Shown: piece by piece, positions 1 through 8,490 of the stretch | Layout of the letters: the number at the start of each line of letters is the position of its first letter | Numbering within the stretch: the first letter of the stretch is position 1 | From: a virus | Taxonomy: Duplodnaviria > Caudoviricetes | Virus record (IMG/VR): IMGVR_UViG_3300016659_000208 | Span: 1-59,143 of that record | Length of the DNA: 59,143 nt | Direction: 5' to 3' (one strand) | Position numbers and translations under genes: made by a program | The notes under the pieces: generated by a model | Told to the model about the DNA's origin: nothing | Database searches by the model: none | Seen by the model: only the letters and a program-made list of their open reading frames with translations

Positions 1-364
1 TAATAAATTCTTCCCCTAATAAAACAGGAGTATCATTTTCAGTTCTATCTGCTAGGCTAAAGGGTACAGCGTTAAACTGCTCTTTACCAAGACTACAGTC
101 CAACTTAACAACCGGTCTGTCTTCTTTATTACCGCTACCTATATGGATAAAAACCCTATCTGCAATTGGTAAGGTTAATCTCTTTTTGTTTACTGTTGTA
201 AAGGTAACCTTGCTATCATTTTCCTTTAGATCGACCCCATGTAAGACATTATAAGCGCTATTACCAGTATCAACTTTGGCCTTTACAGTTCCAACATGTT
301 GAATAGTAATGCCTTCCGTTAGACCGAGTATTTGCTCATAAAAAAATTGTTTAAATGAAACCAT
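1..364 (-). CDS. Retropepsin-like protease (RimK-associated 'ATP-dependent Zn protease' family), 3'-truncated by the window edge; not in the ORF track
   Basis: Manual translation from ATG at 364: MVSFKQFFYEQILGLTEGITIQHVGTVKAKVDTGNSAYNVLHG...EDRPVVKLD...FSLADRTENDTPVLLGEEFI. Has AKVDTG catalytic motif plus RPVV, L.DR and P.LLG motifs. Confidence 0.75.
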   Translation of the reverse strand, partial: MVSFKQFFYEQILGLTEGITIQHVGTVKAKVDTGNSAYNVLHGVDLKENDSKVTFTTVNKKRLTLPIADRVFIHIGSGNKEDRPVVKLDCSLGKEQFNAVPFSLADRTENDTPVLLGEEFI

Positions 365-371
365 AATATGA

Positions 372-389
372 TATTTATTATAATAAATA
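372..389. promoter_or_regulatory. Back-to-back late promoters forming a perfect 18-bp palindrome
   Basis: TATTTATTATAATAAATA. TAAATA lies 6 nt before ATG 396 (+) and 7 nt before ATG 364 (-). Confidence 0.7.
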
Positions 390-395
390 ATAATA

Positions 396-917
396 ATGAG
401 TGAAAAACAAGAGGTAGTCAATCTTATTGAAGCTTATAAAAAGATAGTTGTTAATGAGATTCAGAGTATTAGTCCCGGTGAAGGCAGATCAACATCACCA
501 GCACCACAGCACAAGGAAACCATTGCTATCAAGACTGAAGATGAAATTAATCCGGTTGATGCTTTGACCGAAAAAGATACAGAAGCGGATATGGCAAAGG
601 GAGAACTTTTTAAACTAAACAAAGATTCAAAAGAACTTTACAATCTTATTTCTTCTTGTGAGAATCTTGAACCTTGGGTATTCAGTAAAATTACAGTAGC
701 TGCTAGTTATATTCAAGGTGTTAAAAATTATCTGGAATATGATAATTTTAAGAAAAAAGGTGAATTTAGTATAGACAGAAATGATCATGATAATATGATG
801 TCGTTAAAAGTAAAAGAAATGTTACAGGGTGAAAGTAGAGAGGTGTTAGAATCTGTTATCAGACAAGCAATTTTCAATTTAGAGGCGCTTCAAACAATAG
901 AAGAAACTAAGGCGTAA
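396..917 (+). CDS. Hypothetical protein, probably virion-associated
   Basis: 173 aa with late box. N-terminal LIEAYKKIVVNE; helical motif MAKGEL...LEPWVFSKITVAASYI. Confidence 0.6.
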   Translation: MSEKQEVVNLIEAYKKIVVNEIQSISPGEGRSTSPAPQHKETIAIKTEDEINPVDALTEKDTEADMAKGELFKLNKDSKELYNLISSCENLEPWVFSKITVAASYIQGVKNYLEYDNFKKKGEFSIDRNDHDNMMSLKVKEMLQGESREVLESVIRQAIFNLEALQTIEETKA

Positions 918-2232
918 TTTTTCTTGGTCCGCCAAACTGTCTGTTAATCTTGGTAAATTCAAGTCTATCAACTAATTTCACATGATTGGTACCGACAAAC
1001 AAAACAAATCCCTCGTCTTTGGTAGGGGTATATGAGCCATCAGGATTTTCTATAAACGTTTTACCGACTTTGGATTCAAGAGCAGTTAATGCTTGAAGTA
1101 AAAGATTTTTTGACCTTGACATATGATAGGTTGCAATAATAAGGTTAGTAAAATTTTCTTTATTTTTCTCTAAAAAAGAAAGAATTTGATTGGATCTCTC
1201 TTCAACTTTCTTTTTTCCTAAAGAAGTTTTTTTTGTTTCTTGTTCTTTGAGATATCGAGCAGCAATAAATTTTCTTAAACCGTCAATAAAACTATCAGTA
1301 ACAAATTCTTCACCTCTCTGTGAAGCCCCAAATATTCCCTGCGGTGCAATGTCTACTTGCTTATTAAGATATATCTTTAATAATGCTAGAACAGGGCTAG
1401 CAAGGTATGTGGCGTTAAAATCATCCTCAATATTATCAATATGTAATTTTGCTTTATTTACCTCTGCATTAATCTGCTTTAACAACGAATCGGAAATATT
1501 TACAGCAAGCTTTCCAAAATTACTACTTTGAATAAATGCAGTAGTATTATGACTTTTTTCAACTAAACTAGAAACATCTCTACCTTGCGAAACAAGTTCA
1601 ATTCCCTCTGTCTTTGTTGGTTTTCCTTTAAAAGATTCATGAACTATAATGCCGACTTGCGCGTTTTGAATTTTCTGTGATAAAGAACTTTTCTGATCTA
1701 TTGGTACTGCATAAACAATAACATTAGGTTTAAAAGTAATAAACTCTTCTTCACCTATTTTAATTCTTTTCTTATCTTTTGGTAATGCAAACAAAACATC
1801 TGCCTGATATATTTTTCCAGAATTATCATATGCAATCTTTAAGTTTAAAAGTAAGCTTTTTAATTTGTCTCTTAAATCCGGTTTTTGACCATATAGAACA
1901 TCTATATCTTTATCAGTATGCATAATTTTTGGAGCTGTCTGGCTCAGTCCTCCCTTTAGTGATATAAAGAATTGATTTTTAAATTGTGGTCTAGGATCAG
2001 TTCCAAACAAAATCATTGGACTTCCATCTATTTTTGCATTCATTTCTTGATTAGTTTCAAACCCTTTAATTTTCTTGTTAATTTCATCCATATGTTGTAA
2101 GAAATTATTAAATCCATTTTTACCATTTTCTATAGCTAAATCTTCAATGTGTGATAAATGAGTTTTCATATGAGCATCACTTTCTATTAAAACTATCTGC
2201 TCGTTTTTTAAAAATTGTACAAATGAGTTCAT
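907..2232 (-). CDS. DUF6267-like protein with ligase/covalent nucleotidyltransferase motifs
   Basis: HLSHIED, KIDGSP (motif I KxDG), YQADVLF, FKPNVIVY, GIIVH, DEGFV (motif IV), VKLVDRLEF (motif V). Confidence 0.65.
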   Translation of the reverse strand: MNSFVQFLKNEQIVLIESDAHMKTHLSHIEDLAIENGKNGFNNFLQHMDEINKKIKGFETNQEMNAKIDGSPMILFGTDPRPQFKNQFFISLKGGLSQTAPKIMHTDKDIDVLYGQKPDLRDKLKSLLLNLKIAYDNSGKIYQADVLFALPKDKKRIKIGEEEFITFKPNVIVYAVPIDQKSSLSQKIQNAQVGIIVHESFKGKPTKTEGIELVSQGRDVSSLVEKSHNTTAFIQSSNFGKLAVNISDSLLKQINAEVNKAKLHIDNIEDDFNATYLASPVLALLKIYLNKQVDIAPQGIFGASQRGEEFVTDSFIDGLRKFIAARYLKEQETKKTSLGKKKVEERSNQILSFLEKNKENFTNLIIATYHMSRSKNLLLQALTALESKVGKTFIENPDGSYTPTKDEGFVLFVGTNHVKLVDRLEFTKINRQFGGPRKITP

Positions 2233-2858
2233 TTGACTAGCTGTTTGTAGATCTTAACCATATCTTCTTTAGATATAGGCGGTAACATATTTTTAAAACT
2301 ATTGTAATCTTTCTTATCAAGGGCTTGTCTTGCCTCAGTTGCAGAGGCGAGCCTGGAGACTTCTTTTTGATTAATATCTTTAACTTTTTTACCTTTAAAG
2401 ATGGAAATGTTATTCGTCTTAAAAAAGGAACCATATCTACCTTGTGCATCCTCACTGCTAGCGTATAAGTTTATTACATAAGATTCATTATTTTTGATAA
2501 TAGATATTATTTCTTGAGCTTGTGGATGCGGGGTGGGCGATCTCGGTGTAGGCGTAAATTTACCATTGTTTAAAATATCTACAATATGATATACAACCAA
2601 TACTGGTGAACCAGACACTAAAATAAAATGAATATTTTTTGGTAAATAGGGTTTGTATGTATTCCAGACTTTAAGAGAGTCTTGTGATGTAATATTGTCT
2701 CTATCTACAGCTGATATCAAAACAAAAACAATATTGTTTTCTTGAGCTGCTCTTTTAACTGTGTCAAAATGTCCTTTATGCGGAGGCTTGAATGCACCTG
2801 GGAATACACCTATAGTAGTTTCTATAGATTCGGTTAAAAACTGTCTAAACGTTTTCAT
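2229..2858 (-). CDS. HxGH (cytidylyltransferase/NMNAT-like) nucleotidyltransferase
   Basis: GVFPGAFKPPHKGH near the N-terminus; C-terminal ASATEAR motif. Confidence 0.8.
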   Translation of the reverse strand: MKTFRQFLTESIETTIGVFPGAFKPPHKGHFDTVKRAAQENNIVFVLISAVDRDNITSQDSLKVWNTYKPYLPKNIHFILVSGSPVLVVYHIVDILNNGKFTPTPRSPTPHPQAQEIISIIKNNESYVINLYASSEDAQGRYGSFFKTNNISIFKGKKVKDINQKEVSRLASATEARQALDKKDYNSFKNMLPPISKEDMVKIYKQLVK

Positions 2859-4036
2859 TAAAGATTCTTCAACGGTTCCTTTAAACCTATCTTAGGAGCC
2901 CCGGCACTAATTTGATTTGCATAAATAAATTCGCCTAATCTTTCTTTTGGAATATATAAAAATGCATCAGAATTAACTATAAAAAGACCAGTTTCAGGAA
3001 AAGTATTAAAAATAACGTTTGTTAACGCAGTACGTATTTCTTCCAGTCCTTGAACTAAATTTAAGCTTCTTATAGTCTGTTTAAACGAATCTTGATTAGT
3101 ACATTTTTTAAACAGTCTACATTGCTTTTGTGTAATAGATCTATCTATATTTCTTGCCTCTTTTTCAAAAAAATCTTTTTCTTGTTGGTCATCTGCATTT
3201 ATTTTATAATTTTTCAATATTGTATCGTACAAATCTTTTATATTGGCGTTAGTTCCCCCGGGTACAGTTGCTGTAATAATATCATTTAGTACGTCGGTAA
3301 ACTGTTTTAACGAGAAAATTAATGCAGGTCTTTGTTTATAATGACCCAACGCTAGTTTATCACTTAATAAAATTCCTTGAGACAACTCAACATTAGATTT
3401 ACTGAGAATAGTATGTATGTATTTATCTATTGTCCAGCCCTCAAGGCGGTCTTGATATTGAGACCCAACAGCTCTTAGTGTAAGAGGGTTTTTTATTATT
3501 GCATCATTAATAGCGGCTTTGCCGCTATCATCCATAGAATCATATGCCCTTAACACTTCTTCTAAAAAACCATTTACAGCGTTTATTACTTGTGTTGCTG
3601 CTTGCTTACCATTAGTACCTGTGCGCACTGTCTTTGTTTTTTTACCTTCCTTATCAGTAACAATTTTAATTTCCTTAACCTCATAATGACTACCATCAGG
3701 AGCTAAAACGTCAAAACTAACCCCGGATCCTTGAATAATATTAAACGAATGTCTTTTAAATTCCGCAGCTCTTTGTTTCTCTAACTGCTTGAGAGCATCG
3801 TAAGAACTTACACCCCAAAGTATACAAGCAAGACTATATTCACCCCTGCCTACCCCGCCGTCTATTGTATTAAAAAGTTCTATTGGATTTTTAAGATTAA
3901 ATTCTGTCCATTTGTACTTTCTGCCAGGCTCAAATGCATTGGCTTGTTCCAGTAAAACTTGCTGTCTTGGTAGAGGTGGTACAGTTCTGAACATAACCTG
4001 TTCTGCATATAGACAGTTTAAACTCTTGTAATACAC
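2858..4036 (-). CDS. Putative PD-(D/E)xK nuclease-fold protein
   Basis: GRGE helix followed by FDV-x7-YEVKE; GTG start 4 nt after a late box. Confidence 0.45.
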   Translation of the reverse strand: MYYKSLNCLYAEQVMFRTVPPLPRQQVLLEQANAFEPGRKYKWTEFNLKNPIELFNTIDGGVGRGEYSLACILWGVSSYDALKQLEKQRAAEFKRHSFNIIQGSGVSFDVLAPDGSHYEVKEIKIVTDKEGKKTKTVRTGTNGKQAATQVINAVNGFLEEVLRAYDSMDDSGKAAINDAIIKNPLTLRAVGSQYQDRLEGWTIDKYIHTILSKSNVELSQGILLSDKLALGHYKQRPALIFSLKQFTDVLNDIITATVPGGTNANIKDLYDTILKNYKINADDQQEKDFFEKEARNIDRSITQKQCRLFKKCTNQDSFKQTIRSLNLVQGLEEIRTALTNVIFNTFPETGLFIVNSDAFLYIPKERLGEFIYANQISAGAPKIGLKEPLKNL

Positions 4037-4040
4037 AAGT

Positions 4041-4048
4041 TATTTATG
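4041..4048 (-). promoter_or_regulatory. Late promoter
   Basis: CATAAATA-N4-GTG(4036). Confidence 0.6.
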
Positions 4049-4050
4049 GT

Positions 4051-4407
4051 TTATTCTTTAGGTTCAGTATTAACATCAATAGAATTCGAATACTTCTTCA
4101 TTATATCGACAATTGAGGTAAGTACTTGCGAAGCATTCGTTTCATTAATCTCAGGCAAATCCTTTAACGCTTTTTCATCTAAATCACCAGGGTTCATGAA
4201 TAATGCTTTTTTCAACAACCTAACAAGAAATACTTCACCTTCTGCTGTCAAAGGCTTTGGGCCTTCTTGAACTTCAGGTTCAGGCACCGGTACTGGAGGC
4301 GGCGGTGCCATTGTCGGGTCTGCGGCCGGGACCCCTGGCAAAACCTCCTGAGGTACTTGTTCATTGAGCTCTATAAGTTTTTTGTTTAGAATATCTAAAA
4401 ATTTCAT
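4051..4407 (-). CDS. Hypothetical Pro-rich protein, probable head internal protein
   Basis: 118 aa; MKFLDIL...LNEQ leader. Confidence 0.55.
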   Translation of the reverse strand: MKFLDILNKKLIELNEQVPQEVLPGVPAADPTMAPPPPVPVPEPEVQEGPKPLTAEGEVFLVRLLKKALFMNPGDLDEKALKDLPEINETNASQVLTSIVDIMKKYSNSIDVNTEPKE

Positions 4408-4796
4408 TAAATGGTTTTTATTGTTGATACAGGTTGATTTACCGGTAACGTCGCAGATTTCGATGTGTCGACTTTTTTCGACAGCTCAGCGACTGCTTTA
4501 GTAATATTCTCTATGGTCTTAGTACCAGCAGCAGAAATTTGTTTTTTTGCATCAGCTACTTTTTGAGTAACATCTGTTTTAATTTTTTGAACATCTGGAT
4601 CATCTTGCAAAACGTCCATAGCTTTCATCAAGGCACTAACAACGCCACTTGCAGCATTATTTCCCACAGTGGATACAACGTTTTGCACTGCTTGAACAGG
4701 AGTTACAGCTGGTGTTGCGGTATATTCTTCTAGCCAATGGGGCTTTTCTAATTGTAATTCGCTGTATTTTGCATGTAATGAATCTAGAAACCTCAT
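4407..4796 (-). CDS. Hypothetical protein, probable head internal protein
   Basis: 129 aa; MRFLDSL...LEE leader; TAAATA at 4812-4807. Confidence 0.55.
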   Translation of the reverse strand: MRFLDSLHAKYSELQLEKPHWLEEYTATPAVTPVQAVQNVVSTVGNNAASGVVSALMKAMDVLQDDPDVQKIKTDVTQKVADAKKQISAAGTKTIENITKAVAELSKKVDTSKSATLPVNQPVSTIKTI

Positions 4797-4809
4797 GTGT
4801 ATAATATAT

Positions 4810-5328
4810 TTATGTTAAAAACAACCCTAGTTTAAGATTTATTTTATCTATACTATCAATTGATACAATATTATATTTTCTTAAAAATAATTTAAAACGT
4901 TTCAGATTTGGAAGAATCTTATATTTATTAATTGCATTCATTATACGGTATCTGACTTCTCTACCTTCACCGCTTTCGCTATTTATATAAAGCTTGAGCT
5001 TACTAATAGATGTATTATCTATGATGTAATTTAAAGATAGAAGTTTGGATAGTCTTAAAAATGCTGTATAAACAAAATTAAAATGGTCATTTATTGCTAT
5101 TAATCTGGCCGTTTTTGTAATTACAAATATTAATTTACTGTTTTTATTGCTTTCTATAACAGCAAGAATTTCATTGCAAAGACGCAATATTATAAAACTT
5201 CTAATTAATTTTGATTTATTTTCTAAGCAAAACTTCTTGTTATCACCATCAACTTGTCTGTCTACTTCTTCTATAAGTTGATCGACATAAACAATTTTAG
5301 TATTAGAATTAAATACTGACAAATACAT
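4810..5328 (-). CDS. Hypothetical protein
   Basis: 172 aa ORF with its own sigma70-type promoter. Confidence 0.55.
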   Translation of the reverse strand: MYLSVFNSNTKIVYVDQLIEEVDRQVDGDNKKFCLENKSKLIRSFIILRLCNEILAVIESNKNSKLIFVITKTARLIAINDHFNFVYTAFLRLSKLLSLNYIIDNTSISKLKLYINSESGEGREVRYRIMNAINKYKILPNLKRFKLFLRKYNIVSIDSIDKINLKLGLFLT

Positions 5329-5334
5329 TTTTTA

Positions 5335-5363
5335 ATTATAGGTGCTTTAACTATGCTTTTCAA
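5335..5363 (-). promoter_or_regulatory. Sigma70-type promoter (leaderless)
   Basis: TTGAAA-N17-TATAAT-N6-ATG(5328). Confidence 0.65.
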
Positions 5364-5769
5364 TAAAATTTCTTGGAGGTTCTCCTATACGTACGTTTAA
5401 AATACCGTTGTAAAAGTCCTCTCTTAAAATTACATCTTTTTCTATTTGCTCTTTTATTTCTCTGTATCCAAGCTCCCACTTTGAATCACAAAAATGTAAA
5501 ATTATAAATTCAAAATTATTCTTACCATACTTTTCTATGTCCGCATTTAATTCTGTTGATGAACCTGTGTACATTTTCCAGTCTGTCTGCTTTAATTCTA
5601 TTCTTCTATTTTTTTTGCCTTTAAGAGGAGGACGCTTGAGAGTAGTTATACATTGTTTCTTTCCAATATACTTTTTATCAGTTATTAAATTACGTATTTG
5701 ATATATAAACCCAAATGCATTTTCTTTTAATTCAATATTTTTAGCTAGTTGCCAATGACCTAAATCCAT
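5347..5769 (-). CDS. GIY-YIG endonuclease, T4 EndoII (DenA)-like
   Basis: FGFIYQI...KKYIGKK, W..Y.GSS, E..EQ, FYNG; single 140 aa domain. Confidence 0.8.
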   Translation of the reverse strand: MDLGHWQLAKNIELKENAFGFIYQIRNLITDKKYIGKKQCITTLKRPPLKGKKNRRIELKQTDWKMYTGSSTELNADIEKYGKNNFEFIILHFCDSKWELGYREIKEQIEKDVILREDFYNGILNVRIGEPPRNFIEKHS

Positions 5770-5772
5770 TGA

Positions 5773-5994
5773 CTATTTAATTAACGGTCGTCTTTGTACA
5801 ACTATCTTACGCTTTTTGCCGACTTTCTTTGCGCCTAATACTTTAGGAATTCTTGTATCACCTGCGGCATAAAAGTCAGAGTTACCAACGGCTCCGCCAT
5901 GATCCATAGACGGAGCTGTACCAAACACTCCACCTATACCTGCAATGTTCGTTTCGATAACAAATTGTTTAAATGTCTTACACTTGATTATCAT
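5773..5994 (-). CDS. Small Gly-rich protein with basic tail, probable internal head protein
   Basis: KTFKQFVIE leader; C-terminal KKVGKKRKIVVQRR; TAAATA at 6014-6009. Confidence 0.55.
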   Translation of the reverse strand: MIIKCKTFKQFVIETNIAGIGGVFGTAPSMDHGGAVGNSDFYAAGDTRIPKVLGAKKVGKKRKIVVQRRPLIK

Positions 5995-6011
5995 ATATAA
6001 GTCGTTATTAT
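5984..6011 (+). promoter_or_regulatory. Sigma70-type promoter (leaderless)
   Basis: TTGATT-N16-TATTAT-N6-ATG(6018). Confidence 0.65.
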
Positions 6012-6017
6012 TTATTA

Positions 6018-6413
6018 ATGGAACAACTTAGCTCATACATCAAGGAGCTAGAAGATGATGTGCGCATTGATGAGCTAAATCTCAAGGAGGCCGCGCTAAT
6101 GCTGCCAGCACGTAAGGCGAAATGGGTTTCTCGTTTAATTATAGAAAAAAATAATTTAAATGAGCTTTTTAAGAAAAAAAATAAAATTATTAATGATGTT
6201 GTAGAGACTCTCAAAAAAGAATCCGCGGTTAGATTAGCTACCCCTACGCTAGAGAAAGCTGCAGAAAGACACGCTGCGGTTGCAGAAATAACAACCGAGA
6301 TAAATCAAAAGCAAAATGTAATTGATTTTTTAGAGAGAGTTGAAAAAACAATACATAGCATTGGGTTTGATATAAAAAACTTAATTGAAGTTATTAAAAT
6401 GGAGACCTCATAG
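6018..6413 (+). CDS. uvsY: Recombination mediator UvsY-like
   Basis: 131 aa helical; D..IDE..L, P...KW, C-terminal GFDIKN.IE; adjacent to uvsW. Confidence 0.7.
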   Translation: MEQLSSYIKELEDDVRIDELNLKEAALMLPARKAKWVSRLIIEKNNLNELFKKKNKIINDVVETLKKESAVRLATPTLEKAAERHAAVAEITTEINQKQNVIDFLERVEKTIHSIGFDIKNLIEVIKMETS

Positions 6414-7891
6414 TGGTTTATTTCGATTTAGATAAGACAGGAAAGTACGGTTATATTACCGGTGATCATATTAATGATATAAGAGAGTTTTTTTCTGTAA
6501 AGAATGATGGTGCTCGGTTTGCGAGAATGAAGGGAAGGTTTATACCTTCACGTACATACGCAATAACACCAGGCGGTAGATTAGATCCTTGCTTGTTCTT
6601 TGAAGTGACAAAATTTTTATTGCAAAATAATTACTGTAATCAAGAAGATATTAAAGCTTCAAATACCTTTATAAGTTCAATTCTCCCTGCACAAGCCACC
6701 TATCATAAAAATGTTTCTTATACTAGAGAGCCATACAACAATCTTACTCTTCAATTAAGAGATTATCAAAAGGCTATTGTAACAAAATGCTTAGAGACTG
6801 GCAGAGGGGTAGTGGTTCTAGCTACTGCAGGCGGTAAAACATTAATTATGGCTTCTTTACTATCAAACTTTTTTTATCTTAAGAATAATTTTAAATGTTT
6901 GCTAGTTGTACCGGATCTTGGATTGGCTGAACAGACATACGCGGATTTTATTAGTTACGGTGTACCCTTTTCTTCAAGAAAATGGACAGGCAGTAACCCG
7001 CTTGAATCTAATAAGCCTGATGCATCTAATGTAATTATTGCAAATCTTGGTATTTTACAGTCTGAGAACTCAGATTTAACATGGCTCAAAGGTATAGATT
7101 TAATTATTGTTGATGAAGTACATAAAGTGAGACGTGGCAATAAGGTAAATAATATTCTTAAAAACATAAATACCAATTTAAGATTTGGGTTTACTGGAAC
7201 AATGCCTGAAGATAAGCTAGATCAATGGAATATTATAGGTAAGATAGGTCCTATAATATATGAAAAAAACAGCTTTCAATTACGTACAGAAAAGTTTATT
7301 TCTAAAGTCAGCGCAAATATACTAGAGATTATATACAACAAAACTCCGCTCGAAATTAAAGAACTTGTAAATCCAGCAGAAAAATATAGAAAAGAATTAG
7401 AATTTTTATTTACAAATACTTTTAGAAACAATGCATTAGCGGCTGTATGTAATAACGCCCCGAATAATGTGCTTATACTAATCGATTACATTAAACATGG
7501 TGAAGAGCTGTATAACTATCTAACAAAAGTTTGTAATAGAAAAGCTGTTTTCTTTATAAGAGGTGAGGTTGGAGTAACGGACAGAGAAAAAATAAAAGAA
7601 TTAATGGAAAAAAGCAATAATGTTGTTTGTATAGCTATAAGTAAAATATTTAGTACAGGGGTAAATATTAAGAACTTACATTTCATAGTTTTTGCTGGTG
7701 GAGGCAAAGCCAAGATCAAGACAATACAAAGTATTGGCAGAGGTCTTAGATTACACGAAAATAAAGATAAGCTTTATATCATTGACATAGCGGATCAGTT
7801 AACTTATGGTAAAAGACATCAGCTAAAGAGGCAATCTATTTATGAGCAAGAACGGATTCCTTTTACTATAAAAAAAATTACAGAAAAATAA
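6413..7891 (+). CDS. uvsW: SF2 helicase UvsW
   Basis: LRDYQ, TAGGKT, DEVH, GFTGT, STGVNI, QSIGRGLR. Confidence 0.9.
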   Translation: MVYFDLDKTGKYGYITGDHINDIREFFSVKNDGARFARMKGRFIPSRTYAITPGGRLDPCLFFEVTKFLLQNNYCNQEDIKASNTFISSILPAQATYHKNVSYTREPYNNLTLQLRDYQKAIVTKCLETGRGVVVLATAGGKTLIMASLLSNFFYLKNNFKCLLVVPDLGLAEQTYADFISYGVPFSSRKWTGSNPLESNKPDASNVIIANLGILQSENSDLTWLKGIDLIIVDEVHKVRRGNKVNNILKNINTNLRFGFTGTMPEDKLDQWNIIGKIGPIIYEKNSFQLRTEKFISKVSANILEIIYNKTPLEIKELVNPAEKYRKELEFLFTNTFRNNALAAVCNNAPNNVLILIDYIKHGEELYNYLTKVCNRKAVFFIRGEVGVTDREKIKELMEKSNNVVCIAISKIFSTGVNIKNLHFIVFAGGGKAKIKTIQSIGRGLRLHENKDKLYIIDIADQLTYGKRHQLKRQSIYEQERIPFTIKKITEK

Positions 7892-7893
7892 TT

Positions 7894-8490
7894 ATGAAAA
7901 AAAATAAAAAACAACTTAAGCAAAAGGAAGTAATAGATGCAGAGCTTCCGCCAGAACTAACGGATATTAAATCTGTTATAAGTACCATTACAGATGAAGT
8001 AACCCCTGTTACTTCTGGAAAAAGCGGAAAAAAGCTCAAGCCTTCGGAAAAACCACATTATGTTAGCAGTAAAGAATTTGAAGAAGAGTTAGCGTTGTAT
8101 TACAAAACTGACAAGATGACAGGATATTTAGCCGAGGCTATTAGAAGAATAGCCTACGGGTTATCTTTTGCGCCAAATTTTATAAATTATTCGTACAGAG
8201 ATGAGATGATAGGCGATGCAGTTGTAAAAATGTATCAAGCACTAAAATACAAAAAATTTAAGTTAAATCAAGGATTTAGTCCTTTTAGCTATTTTACTAC
8301 CATAGCATTTCATGCATTTATAAGTAGAATTAAAAAAGAAAAGAAACATCATCAATTAGTCGCGGATTATAGAGAAAGAAACTATGATAGTCTTATTAAT
8401 AAAGATGAGAATGATACAGGCATAAGGGTTTGTACTTCTGATAATTCTGGAGGACTAGATAATAGTTTCTATAATGAGAGTAATGCCTAG
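7894..8490 (+). CDS. gp55: Late-transcription sigma factor gp55
   Basis: HYVSSKEF, NFINYSYRDEMIGDA, PFSYFTTIAFHAFISRIKKEKK; upstream of gp47/46 as in T4. Confidence 0.9.
   Translation: MKKNKKQLKQKEVIDAELPPELTDIKSVISTITDEVTPVTSGKSGKKLKPSEKPHYVSSKEFEEELALYYKTDKMTGYLAEAIRRIAYGLSFAPNFINYSYRDEMIGDAVVKMYQALKYKKFKLNQGFSPFSYFTTIAFHAFISRIKKEKKHHQLVADYRERNYDSLINKDENDTGIRVCTSDNSGGLDNSFYNESNA

Noticed and set aside
1190-1531. 113 aa plus-strand ORF, and similar short shadow ORFs throughout the track
   Set aside because: It lies antisense to or out of frame within motif-bearing genes, with no promoter grammar and no motifs
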